Virus record (IMG/VR): IMGVR_UViG_3300042309_002053
Coordinates: 1-59,224 of that record
Direction: 5' to 3' (one strand)
DNA: 59,224 bases
DNA from: a virus
Lineage: Duplodnaviria; Caudoviricetes
Both the position numbers and the translations under genes were made by a program. Shown one piece after another: positions 46,048 through 54,665 of the stretch. The notes beneath the pieces were generated by a model. The model was not told where the DNA came from. It did no database searches and saw only the letters and a list, made by a program, of their open reading frames with translations. The first letter of the stretch is position 1. Each line of letters begins with the position of its first letter.

Positions 46048-47928
46048 TTACCTCGGTAAGTATTGTTGTTCCACCATTTGTTGGTGGAGTCTATCACTAG
46101 CCAGTTGCCTTAATACTCTAGCATTGTCTACGACTTTTTGATTGCGGTAAATCTCTTTAGGGGCATAGAACGCCGCATCTCTTAAAGCTAAGTTTAAATA
46201 GCTGTCATACCCTGCAGGAGAGACAGCCATTCGGGATATGTTAACCCCGCCCGCTGCTTCGTTATCCTGACTATTTCTGTTTACTACAGGACCGGACATA
46301 GATGAGTCATTACTCTGCTGCAGTAAGTTCTTCCCTTCTAAAATTTGATTTATAGGGTTAGATCTATCGGTTAAAAAGTTAGGAGGGACTAAAGCGTATG
46401 TTTCGTTTAGCTGAGTTGCTGCACTCCCGGCTGTATTGATTTGACTTGCTGAAACGTTATTTGTTTCGTTGTTAATTTGAGTAGGCGCTGGAATATTTGA
46501 TTGTCTTGAATCTGGAGCTAGTAATGCTAAGGCTGAAGTAACGGTAGACGCCTGATTGCTGGTGGAAGTATCAGCTTGTATCCTTACAGACTCATTATTT
46601 ACTGCTGAGAGAGTAGTTGTTGTTATAGTCTGTTGTACACTATTAACAAGCTGAGGTCTGCTATCTATTGTTATATTTCCTACCTCTTGTCTACTTTGTA
46701 CTTGCTGTGTTACTTGCGGAGAAGCAAATAATGACAGAGAGCTCTGATTAGAGCTAGGTAAATTTAACACCGAGCTGCTTTGGGATTGATTTACTCTTAT
46801 AGAATTATTATTGGACTGAGGGCCTGATGCAGAACCGCTCATTGCTATGCTACTTGCTGAAGATGAAGCTGCTACACTTACTGCTTCTTGTTGAGCTTGT
46901 TGTGCAGCAGCCTGTGCAGCCGCTATAGAATTTTGAGAAGCTGTTGCAGCAATAGCATTTTCTCTTTCTTGATTTCTTGCTACTATACTCAGACCTAAAG
47001 CAACGCTACTTGATGTGCTGGAGCTTTCTCTGGAAGGTGAGCTTGAAGATGAAGAAGGAGATGAACCGACACTGGTTGTTGGAGCAGGGCTCGATACTGC
47101 TACGGATGCGGTTGATGTGGTATTATTATTTGATGTAGTATTAGTTGTTTGAACGGGTGTAGGCTCAGAAATTACTGAAGAAGTTGTGGAAGCAGTAGTC
47201 TCTAAGGCTGGAGCTGTTGTTACCGGGGCTAATTTATTTAATTCCTCAAGATACCCTGGGCATGTAGGGCTATAAAGAGGATTAGACGCGCAAGGATCTA
47301 CCGAATATTTTAAGCTAAAGCTTACGTTGTAAATTTCTGGTCCATAAGGCCCAGCCCAGCCGTTGTTATCTCTACCTACAAAACCGTACTGCACACTTCC
47401 TAGATCTTTTGAAGCAAACGGGGTAACGAAGTTTTCACTAAAGTTAAAAGCAGTCCAGTCAAATTTATAATTTAAATTATAATTTTTGTTAAAAACCGTG
47501 CTTCCATTTGATCCATAAAAACTAACATAAGCACTAAGGGTATCAACCTGCCCGTTATCCCACCCATTACCGTTCTTAGCCATAAATCCAAAATTATATC
47601 CATCTACTCTTAAACCGGTTCCTGAATTGGGTAGAATAGAGGATACAGATTGAATCTGGTAAAGGTTTGTTGTTCCAAAAGAAAAATTAATATTGTTGCC
47701 TGGTCTCACAATAGCATTAGGCCCGCAATAGCCCGGGTCCCCCCACATCCAGCAGGTTAGACTATTTTGGTAAACGCCGTTAACCCATGGGGTGGAGTTT
47801 GTTCCAGAAACAGTTGGTTGTACTACGTTAGGTGTAGTATAAACCTGCCCTGGAACGAGAGTTACTTCTTGTGCAAAAGCAAATGACGAAAAAAGAAGTG
47901 ATAGAAATATACTTCTTAGAACGGTCAT
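46048..47928 (-). CDS. Exported protein: signal peptide, Cys-containing globular domain, Ser/Thr linker
   Basis: MTVLRSIFLSLLFSSFAFA-Q signal; CWMWGDPGYC; DPCASNPLYSPTCPGY; long S/T/Q/A low-complexity stalk. Confidence 0.75.
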   Translation of the reverse strand: MTVLRSIFLSLLFSSFAFAQEVTLVPGQVYTTPNVVQPTVSGTNSTPWVNGVYQNSLTCWMWGDPGYCGPNAIVRPGNNINFSFGTTNLYQIQSVSSILPNSGTGLRVDGYNFGFMAKNGNGWDNGQVDTLSAYVSFYGSNGSTVFNKNYNLNYKFDWTAFNFSENFVTPFASKDLGSVQYGFVGRDNNGWAGPYGPEIYNVSFSLKYSVDPCASNPLYSPTCPGYLEELNKLAPVTTAPALETTASTTSSVISEPTPVQTTNTTSNNNTTSTASVAVSSPAPTTSVGSSPSSSSSSPSRESSSTSSSVALGLSIVARNQERENAIAATASQNSIAAAQAAAQQAQQEAVSVAASSSASSIAMSGSASGPQSNNNSIRVNQSQSSSVLNLPSSNQSSLSLFASPQVTQQVQSRQEVGNITIDSRPQLVNSVQQTITTTTLSAVNNESVRIQADTSTSNQASTVTSALALLAPDSRQSNIPAPTQINNETNNVSASQINTAGSAATQLNETYALVPPNFLTDRSNPINQILEGKNLLQQSNDSSMSGPVVNRNSQDNEAAGGVNISRMAVSPAGYDSYLNLALRDAAFYAPKEIYRNQKVVDNARVLRQLASDRLHQQMVEQQYLPR

Positions 47929-49247
47929 CTTAGCTTAGGAATTTTGTCAGGGTTAGCTTCCCAGGCCAGTTTGGCCTGCTCTCCGATCTTACCTTCAAAC
48001 GGGCAAGGAGTTCCAGCAGCCATCATAGCATCCCACACGCGTCTGTCTTGACACATAGTAGCAACCGCGGCTACTTTCATACCCATATCAAAAAGAGTCT
48101 TGCTTAGCTTTAAGCGCTCGCAGTTTTCATCTTTCATGGTGCCACCGAAGCTCAAGCCGAACACTTGAGTTTGTGTAGCTCCTGATACCCCGGTAACGCA
48201 AAGATCAGAACCAGCACTAAGCATAGCTGGGGCTATAGCTGTAGGGGGAGGCTGAATCACTCTTTGAGTAACATTTGACTCGTTTATATTTCTATTTGTC
48301 ATCTCTCCCGACTGAATGTTTTGGTTAACATTAGTAGAGTTATTAGTGTTTACATTATTATTTGTACTTACGCTGGTACTATTTGACTGATTAACATTAT
48401 TATTGTTATAAGTCATTGTTCCAGAATTAATGTTATTGTTAGTATTTACATTGGTAGAATTATTAGTACTAACACTTGTGCTGGTATTAATGTTTCTATT
48501 CGTCATATCACCAGTTTGAACATTATTATTTGTATTAACGCTGGAGCTGACGTTATTGTTGTTATAAGTCATTGTCCCAGAATTAACATTATAATTTAAG
48601 TTCGTAGCGTTGCTAGTATTGACGTTGTTATTATTATACGTCATAGTACCACTATTAATGTTATGATTTGTGTTTGTAGAGGTACTTACATTATTGTTGT
48701 TAAACGTTTGAGTTCCGCTGTTAATATTATGATTAGTATTTGTGGAAGAGCTGGTACTCGTATTAACGTTGTTATTATTGTTGTTGTTAGTAAGAGTCCC
48801 GCTTTGAATGTTATTGTTGGTGTAGGTAACTGAGCCACTCATAACGTTATTATTGTTATTAGTGATTGTCCCATTTGTGGTATTTTGATTAATATTGGTT
48901 ACCGTACCACTCTGTACGTTATTATTATTGTTATTATATGTAACCGTACCAGAGTTAACGTTATTATTTGTATTAACGTTAGTATTGGTACTATTCACAG
49001 TACTCGTGCTGGTACTGGTATTATTAGTAGTGGTATTATTGTTTGTGGTAACCGTGCTGGTGCTGTTAGACGTTGAGTTTGTATCGACTAACGTTTTTGA
49101 ATCGTAGGTACCCTGATTTATAGGGGTCGTTGTGCTTGTGGTTGTGCCACCAGTAGTAGTTTGAGTGCTCGTGGTCTGAGCGTTTGTATTCAAATTCAAA
49201 GAAAAAATGGCGAAAAGGAATAATATAGCAGTTCTAGCTGCATTCAT
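47925..49247 (-). CDS. Exported Asn/Thr-repeat protein with Cys-rich C-terminal domain
   Basis: Start 49247 after AAGGAG; signal MNAARTAILFLFAIFSL; about 10 N[IV]xSGTxTxNNNN repeats; PPPTAIAP..DLC...NCERLKLSKTLFDMGMKVAAVATMCQD..CP. Confidence 0.78.
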   Translation of the reverse strand: MNAARTAILFLFAIFSLNLNTNAQTTSTQTTTGGTTTSTTTPINQGTYDSKTLVDTNSTSNSTSTVTTNNNTTTNNTSTSTSTVNSTNTNVNTNNNVNSGTVTYNNNNNNVQSGTVTNINQNTTNGTITNNNNNVMSGSVTYTNNNIQSGTLTNNNNNNNVNTSTSSSTNTNHNINSGTQTFNNNNVSTSTNTNHNINSGTMTYNNNNVNTSNATNLNYNVNSGTMTYNNNNVSSSVNTNNNVQTGDMTNRNINTSTSVSTNNSTNVNTNNNINSGTMTYNNNNVNQSNSTSVSTNNNVNTNNSTNVNQNIQSGEMTNRNINESNVTQRVIQPPPTAIAPAMLSAGSDLCVTGVSGATQTQVFGLSFGGTMKDENCERLKLSKTLFDMGMKVAAVATMCQDRRVWDAMMAAGTPCPFEGKIGEQAKLAWEANPDKIPKLR

Positions 49248-49273
49248 CTTGACTCCTTTCGTCGTGTCCGGAA

Positions 49274-49281
49274 TATTTATA
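49274..49281 (-). promoter_or_regulatory. T4-type late promoter driving the minus-strand envelope operon
   Basis: TATTTATA on plus = TATAAATA on minus, 26 nt upstream of the ATG at 49247. Confidence 0.82.
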
Positions 49282-49354
49282 GAGCCATGGATATCTCGAG
49301 GCGTCCCTATATAATAGTACTTACTTTTATGTACTCTTGGTCTAGGAGGATGAT

Positions 49355-49609
49355 ATGGATGAAGAAGCAAAAGTAAAGCACTCTAAGCGAATCCAGCAGA
49401 AACAAAATTATGTTAAGAAACAGACCAAAATAGCCAAAGCGCATGGCTTACCTGTAAAGCTAGGAGAAGAGCACAGACTTCAAGATCATGCTGCTATGAA
49501 CTGCGGAATTCCTAAATGCCCTATGTGTATGAATCCTAGACGTCAATTTAAGGAAAAGACAATACAAGAAAAATCATTTGAGCAAACAGAAAAATGGGTA
49601 GCTGAGTAG
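49355..49609 (+). CDS. Small basic protein with Cys/His cluster
   Basis: AGGAGG RBS; H.AMNCGIPKCPMC.NPR. Confidence 0.7.
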   Translation: MDEEAKVKHSKRIQQKQNYVKKQTKIAKAHGLPVKLGEEHRLQDHAAMNCGIPKCPMCMNPRRQFKEKTIQEKSFEQTEKWVAE

Positions 49610-49674
49610 CTATTGCTTCCATAGGTATTATTCATGAAAAACTTATTGACTTTTACAATAAGTAATCATATAAT
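49610..49674 (+). promoter_or_regulatory. Sigma70 promoter of ahpC with OxyR/LysR-like operator
   Basis: TTGACT-17-TATAAT (49646-49674); CTAT-N7-ATAG-N7-TCAT (49610-49635) and ATTG-N7-CAAT (49645-49659). Confidence 0.7.
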
Positions 49675-49719
49675 GTAGTTTTAGGCCCTTAGGGCCTTTC
49701 TTTTTCTTAAGGAGATAAA

Positions 49720-50256
49720 ATGTTAACCGTTGGTAATAAACTGCCCGAATTTGTTGTTACTGGAGTAAACCCTGGCTCTGATCAATTCTTTGACATTACC
49801 GAGAAGTCGTTTGAAGGTAAGTGGAAAGTAATTGTATTCTATCCCAAGGACTTTACATTCGTATGTCCAACTGAAATCGTTGCGTACGATAAACTGTTCC
49901 AAGACTTCGCCGATCGCGATGCCGTTCTTTTGACCGGTTCTACTGATAACGAATTTTGTAAACTGGCATGGCAAAAGCATCACGAAGATCTAGGTAAGAT
50001 CAAGCACATTCAGTTTGCTGATACTCAACGAGATTGGGACACATCCCTTTCCGTTCAGCTTGGAGTATTCTATAACCCAGCTGGCGCTGCTCTTCGCGCT
50101 ACTTTTATTGTTGATCCTGATAACGTCATTCAGCACGTTACCGTTAACAATCTGAACGTTGGTCGTTCACCAGAAGAAACTCTTCGTATTCTTGATGCTC
50201 TTCAAACCGGTGAACTGTGTGCATGTAATCGCACAGTAGGTGGGGATACACTGTAA
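49720..50256 (+). CDS. ahpC: Peroxiredoxin / alkyl hydroperoxide reductase C
   Basis: FYPKDFTFVCPTE, RATFIVDP, VGRS.EE.LR.LDALQ.GELC. Confidence 0.95.
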   Translation: MLTVGNKLPEFVVTGVNPGSDQFFDITEKSFEGKWKVIVFYPKDFTFVCPTEIVAYDKLFQDFADRDAVLLTGSTDNEFCKLAWQKHHEDLGKIKHIQFADTQRDWDTSLSVQLGVFYNPAGAALRATFIVDPDNVIQHVTVNNLNVGRSPEETLRILDALQTGELCACNRTVGGDTL

Positions 50257-50879
50257 TGTTAGAGACTCTCTCTGATCTTTTTAGAGAGGCTTATAAGCGG
50301 AACTGGATTACTGCAAGAGACGGTAACGCCAGTATCCGCTGGCACGATCGTGATCATTTTTACATAACTCCTAGCGGGGTACGTAAACAAACTCTACAAC
50401 CTGAGCAATTTAAAAAGATAGGCCTTTTACATCAACCGGTTGATAGATGGAGTTGGACGGACCTCCCCTATACAGATATAAGTTCCAACTTAAAACCTAG
50501 CGGTGAAATACCTCTGCATTTAGGAATTCAAAAGAAGATAGATTCTGAGGTTAGAGCTGTCTTACATTTTCACCCTACCTATACGGTAGCGGCAATGTAC
50601 GCTGGCATTGAGTTAAGCGAACTGGTGAAAGAGTTCCCTGAGCTGGGTCGCTATACTAAGGTAGGAAAAAATGTGCCCGATGTTCCTCCTATCAGTCAAG
50701 CGCTTGCCGATGCTACTATTCCTTCTCTAGGGGTAATGAGAGACGGTAGTGTAGAAAACCACATAGTAGGAATTGATAGGCATGGGGTAGTTGCTGTAGA
50801 CACAAGCCCCTGGCGGGCTTTTGAACATATTGAACGCTTAGAACATATTTGTAAGATCGTACTTTCTTCTAAAAAGTAA
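50256..50879 (+). CDS. Class II aldolase/adducin family protein
   Basis: DGNAS, ITPSG, KPSGE..LH, VLHFHP, HGVVA, ERLEH. Confidence 0.85.
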   Translation: MLETLSDLFREAYKRNWITARDGNASIRWHDRDHFYITPSGVRKQTLQPEQFKKIGLLHQPVDRWSWTDLPYTDISSNLKPSGEIPLHLGIQKKIDSEVRAVLHFHPTYTVAAMYAGIELSELVKEFPELGRYTKVGKNVPDVPPISQALADATIPSLGVMRDGSVENHIVGIDRHGVVAVDTSPWRAFEHIERLEHICKIVLSSKK

Positions 50880-50884
50880 TTATC

Positions 50885-52060
50885 ATGAATAATTTGCTAT
50901 TGATTATGGCAGCTATGGTAACAATTCCATGGCTGTTACTAAAATTGACCGGGCTTGGGAAGTATATTCCGCTCCCTATGGCACAAATTGCGTTTGGTAT
51001 TTGCTTTGGACCTAGCGCATTTGGTGCTGCTTGGCCTGAGTTATGGTCTACACTTTTTACTCAACCTGTAAGATTTGGATTAGATGCTATACAGATTTTA
51101 GCTATCACGGTCTTTGCGTTCATTGCTGGTATTGAGCTAAAACCTAAGGAGATTATTGAAAGAGAAGGTAATGCGATTTGGAAGCAAGCATTCCATGTCA
51201 TTTTGATTCCTATTCTCCTTGCCGGTGTTGGTTTTATTCTATTCTTCGACGACCCTATTTGGCATAGCCCTGACGTACCTTTTTGGAAATATGCCTGGAC
51301 AATGGGCGTAGCTACTTGTATTACAGCTATGCCAATGTTGGTGATTGCATGCAAGACAATGGGTATCTGGGGTACCCATACAAGTAAAAAGCTACTAGGT
51401 CTTGTTACATTTGACGACCTAGTTCTATGGCTGACTATAGCGGTTATTGTTAGTATGGGTAAGTATGCTATCAACGCCTCTATATTCTTTGCCGTTCTAG
51501 CTGTTCTATGGTACATTTGGCCTAAGCTACTTGAAAAAGCCGGAGAAGAAGCCTACCCTACTCTAACTGTCGCTTTAGCATTATCGATGGCTTGTTTCAG
51601 CCATTGGGCTGGTTTACATTATGTTCTAGGTGCGTTCTTTGCAGGAATGATTACACCTAAAAAGACAATCAAGTGGAATGAAGGCATGGAACTGCAGCAA
51701 ATGTTCTGGTTAATGCCTGTGTTCTTTATTTGGACAGGTCTCAAGACTTCATGGACTGTAGACTTCCAAACCATTTTTACAGCGGCTATTGGAATGTATG
51801 TGCTTGCTGTGCTTACCAAGTTTGTAGGTGTCTGGTTAGCGTATAAGCATGAAGGAATTAGAGTTGTATGTTTTAAAACCGCGTTATTGCAGACAAAAGG
51901 TCTAATGGAAATATTTTTAGTCACTATGCTACTAACGGCGGGTATTGTCAGTACGAATATGTTTGCAGCCGTAGTTGTTATGAGCTTAATAAGCACCGTA
52001 ACAGCAGTCCCGCTTGCTAAACTATTTTATAAGGAAGAATATTTTAAGGAGGAAAAATGA
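50885..52060 (+). CDS. Cation:proton antiporter (CPA2/Kef-type)
   Basis: Many TM segments; GICFGPS, F.AGIEL, ITAMPML, FDD, LGAFFAG, PVFF..TGL, KGLMEI. Confidence 0.85.
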   Translation: MNNLLLIMAAMVTIPWLLLKLTGLGKYIPLPMAQIAFGICFGPSAFGAAWPELWSTLFTQPVRFGLDAIQILAITVFAFIAGIELKPKEIIEREGNAIWKQAFHVILIPILLAGVGFILFFDDPIWHSPDVPFWKYAWTMGVATCITAMPMLVIACKTMGIWGTHTSKKLLGLVTFDDLVLWLTIAVIVSMGKYAINASIFFAVLAVLWYIWPKLLEKAGEEAYPTLTVALALSMACFSHWAGLHYVLGAFFAGMITPKKTIKWNEGMELQQMFWLMPVFFIWTGLKTSWTVDFQTIFTAAIGMYVLAVLTKFVGVWLAYKHEGIRVVCFKTALLQTKGLMEIFLVTMLLTAGIVSTNMFAAVVVMSLISTVTAVPLAKLFYKEEYFKEEK

Positions 52061-52569
52061 CCTGGGTAGATCAAATAAAGGAGGCTTTGCCTGAATATGC
52101 GAAAGATGCGAAACTTAATCTTGACGCTGTTATTAATCGCAGTACTCTTGATTCCGTTGTTGCTAATGGATGCGCGTTGGCAGCCGCAATGGCTACAGGT
52201 AATGGAAAGCTCGTCTCATTTATACAGTCAAGCCTTGACGATGCCAAAGAACGAGACGCCGCGCTAACAGCTGCGGCTATTATGGCACAAAATAACGTAT
52301 GGTATCCATATGTAGAAATGGCTGAAGACCCTAATCTCAAAGGGCTGCCTGCTGGCCTTAGAATGAATGCTATTGCATCTCATGGCGGAACAACCAAGGT
52401 AAACTTTGAAGCATATTCTTTAGCAGCTTCTATTGTGGGCAAATGCCACTTTTGCGTCAAAGCACACTATGATACGCTTAAGAAAGAAGGAATGACTGTT
52501 GAGCAGTTACGGGATATAGGGAGGGTAGCAGCAGTCGTAACGTCTGTTGCAAGAGTTCTAAACTCGTAA
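52057..52569 (+). CDS. ahpD: Alkyl hydroperoxide reductase D (CMD family)
   Basis: LPEYAKDAKLNL, MAQNNVWY, LRMN, FEAYSLAASIVGKCHFCVKAH. Confidence 0.93.
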   Translation: MTWVDQIKEALPEYAKDAKLNLDAVINRSTLDSVVANGCALAAAMATGNGKLVSFIQSSLDDAKERDAALTAAAIMAQNNVWYPYVEMAEDPNLKGLPAGLRMNAIASHGGTTKVNFEAYSLAASIVGKCHFCVKAHYDTLKKEGMTVEQLRDIGRVAAVVTSVARVLNS

Positions 52570-52610
52570 CGTAAAGCCCGGTTGCCGGGCTTTTCTTTTT
52601 ATTGTATAAT
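52565..52610 (+). promoter_or_regulatory. Early promoter with CGTAAC element
   Basis: CGTAACGTAA..GTTGCCG-17-TATAAT with TG directly before the -10. Confidence 0.7.
52573..52600 (+). terminator. Rho-independent terminator overlapping the next promoter
   Basis: AAAGCCCGG-TTG-CCGGGCTTT followed by TCTTTTT. Confidence 0.8.
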
Positions 52611-52616
52611 GTAGTT

Positions 52617-52955
52617 ATGATAGTCGCTCAAGAAACTACTCAGTGGAATGCTCCTTATCAGGTTCTAAACCACATTTACTTTCTTAACAACTCCCGCACT
52701 AAGATGTATGCGTACATCCGAAGTGATACGGGTGAGAGCAAAATCTTCAAAAACCCCATTGAGTTTTCTGCACGGGGCAGATCCTTCACCGTTCTACGCA
52801 AGGTAGACGATGAAAGCCCCGGGGTGGCTATCACCGGATCAAAAGGTGACGTGTATTACGTTACTAAACATAATGGTGAGTACAAGTGTACTTGTACCGG
52901 ATACAAGTATCATGGAACTTGCAAGCATATTGAACAGGTAAAAAATGGACATTAA
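52617..52955 (+). CDS. SWIM zinc-finger protein
   Basis: GSKG.VYYV...CTCTGYKYHGTCKH; ATG 6 nt after the -10. Confidence 0.75.
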   Translation: MIVAQETTQWNAPYQVLNHIYFLNNSRTKMYAYIRSDTGESKIFKNPIEFSARGRSFTVLRKVDDESPGVAITGSKGDVYYVTKHNGEYKCTCTGYKYHGTCKHIEQVKNGH

Positions 52956-53349
52956 TCTTGACCGGGAGCTTTGCGAAAAGTACCCTAAACTGTTTGTAAA
53001 TCGTCATGCCCCTATGACTGTTACAGCTATGTGCTGGGGTTTCGATCATGGAGATGGTTGGTTTGATCTAATTGATACCCTATGTAGAAATATACAACAC
53101 CATATCGATTGGCAAAATAGAACAGAAGAAAAAGTACACCAGGTGGTCGTTGATCAAGTAAAAGAAAAGTTTGGTACTCTTCGCTTTTACTATACCGGGG
53201 GAGATGATATAATTTCCGGAATGGTTACAATGGCAGAATCAATGTCAAGCCATATCTGTGAGGTATGTGGTTCTAAAGGTAGAATGAGAAATGACGGGTG
53301 GATTAGAACATTATGTGATACGCATGCAAAGGAAATGGGATACGAATGA
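52945..53349 (+). CDS. Conserved phage hypothetical protein
   Basis: GDGWFDLI...QVKEKFGTLRFY...CEVCG...W.RTLC..H. Confidence 0.75.
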   Translation: MDINLDRELCEKYPKLFVNRHAPMTVTAMCWGFDHGDGWFDLIDTLCRNIQHHIDWQNRTEEKVHQVVVDQVKEKFGTLRFYYTGGDDIISGMVTMAESMSSHICEVCGSKGRMRNDGWIRTLCDTHAKEMGYE

Positions 53350-53852
53350 GAAAGACTCTTTATGTTGATATGGATGGCGTTCTTTCAGATTTTGAAAGGC
53401 GCTATAAGGATAAGTTTGGCATGACTCCTCAGGAGGTTCGTGCTGATAGAGCTGTTAAGCGTTTTAGTACTCACTGGAAGCAGTTTATTGATGATGCTGA
53501 ATTTGCTACTCTAGATACGTTCCATGGTGCAGGTACTCTTGTGACCAGGATTACTCGTTTGCAAGAGCAGCATAAGTTTGACATCGCTATTCTAACTTCT
53601 TCTGGTGGCTTCGACCGTCACTTCGATGTTGCTATGCAGAAAATGGAATGGCTTGAGAGCCAATGCATTGACTGGGCACCTATTGTTGTTCCTGGTAAGC
53701 GATTCAAGGCCGGTTTTGCTAACGATAAATCATTCTTGATTGATGATACACCTGCCAACGTCGATAACTTTATTAACGCCGGTGGTCATGCCGCTCTTCA
53801 TTCCGATGTGGAAAAGACTATCGAAGAGCTGACACGCTGGTTGGAGAAATAA
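53346..53852 (+). CDS. HAD-family 5'(3')-deoxyribonucleotidase-like protein
   Basis: YVDMDGVL.DF, ILTS, K..W, LIDD...N...F...GG. Confidence 0.85.
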   Translation: MRKTLYVDMDGVLSDFERRYKDKFGMTPQEVRADRAVKRFSTHWKQFIDDAEFATLDTFHGAGTLVTRITRLQEQHKFDIAILTSSGGFDRHFDVAMQKMEWLESQCIDWAPIVVPGKRFKAGFANDKSFLIDDTPANVDNFINAGGHAALHSDVEKTIEELTRWLEK

Positions 53853-54062
53853 ATGGGTTGGGCATCGGGGAGCTTGCTTCTTGGGGATATAATTTTGTCA
53901 ACTAAAAAGGCAATCCCCAAGAAGTATCGAAAAGAATATTATAAATTATTGATAACGCATTTTGAGTATCATGATTGTGATAATGTAGGAGAATGTGTAG
54001 GTTTTTTAGATGACGAGTATAACAAAGCGTATTATGAACTATATCCTAAGGAAGAAGAATGA
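53853..54062 (+). CDS. hypothetical protein
   Basis: GGAG RBS; MGWASGS...FE..DCD. Confidence 0.65.
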   Translation: MGWASGSLLLGDIILSTKKAIPKKYRKEYYKLLITHFEYHDCDNVGECVGFLDDEYNKAYYELYPKEEE

Positions 54063-54358
54063 ACGTTGCTAACCCCCATCCTAATATTCAAATTCGTACC
54101 TCTATTTCTGTTAACCTATCTGCATCTCAATGGCATCTTTATGTAGATAAGTTTCCGAGAACTATTGTTGAAAAAGTAGCGGACTACCTCAATAAACGCA
54201 TCAATGTGCATTTTAATAAGGGAGAGCCACGGGCTAAGGTAGAGGAAGCGTTCCTTATGCTTTCTAAAGACTTTGCTATGTATGGAGCTTCTTCTAAAGA
54301 GACGCGTAAGGTTTTTGATGGCATTCTTGAAACTGTTTGCCCTGAAGGACAAAAATGA
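54059..54358 (+). CDS. hypothetical protein
   Basis: ATGA overlaps on both sides. Confidence 0.6.
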   Translation: MNVANPHPNIQIRTSISVNLSASQWHLYVDKFPRTIVEKVADYLNKRINVHFNKGEPRAKVEEAFLMLSKDFAMYGASSKETRKVFDGILETVCPEGQK

Positions 54359-54627
54359 ACGAGCATATTAGACGATTAGCCGAACAAGCAGAGTTTGTAT
54401 TTTGGGAAGACGAGCCATGGGGTCCCGGTCCAGGACATATTGACTGGGCGCCTGACTATAGCAGGGAGTTTGAAAAGTTTGTTGAGCTTCTGGTAAAGGA
54501 CTGTGCTGAAACAGTAGAAAAACTTAAATTCTCACCCGAAGGTCCTTCAGATGAGGTTAGATATCAACGTGTACTAGCTGCTCGAGCTCTTCTAGAGAGG
54601 TATGGCTTGGTAGGAAAAGCTCCATAA
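54355..54627 (+). CDS. hypothetical protein
   Basis: MNEHIRRLAEQA...KFVELLVKDCA. Confidence 0.65.
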   Translation: MNEHIRRLAEQAEFVFWEDEPWGPGPGHIDWAPDYSREFEKFVELLVKDCAETVEKLKFSPEGPSDEVRYQRVLAARALLERYGLVGKAP

Positions 54628-54665
54628 TCTCAATAGCCTAAATATTTTTATTTGGCAGAGGGTAT

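Noticed and set aside
48270-49180. TTA/TTG-rich repeats as a microsatellite, CRISPR array or DGR template
   Set aside because: Explained by Asn/Thr codons of the minus-strand ORF; no fixed repeat-spacer period
49248-49370. N-terminal extension of the 481-aa minus-strand ORF
   Set aside because: The late promoter, AAGGAG RBS and signal peptide all indicate a start at 49247
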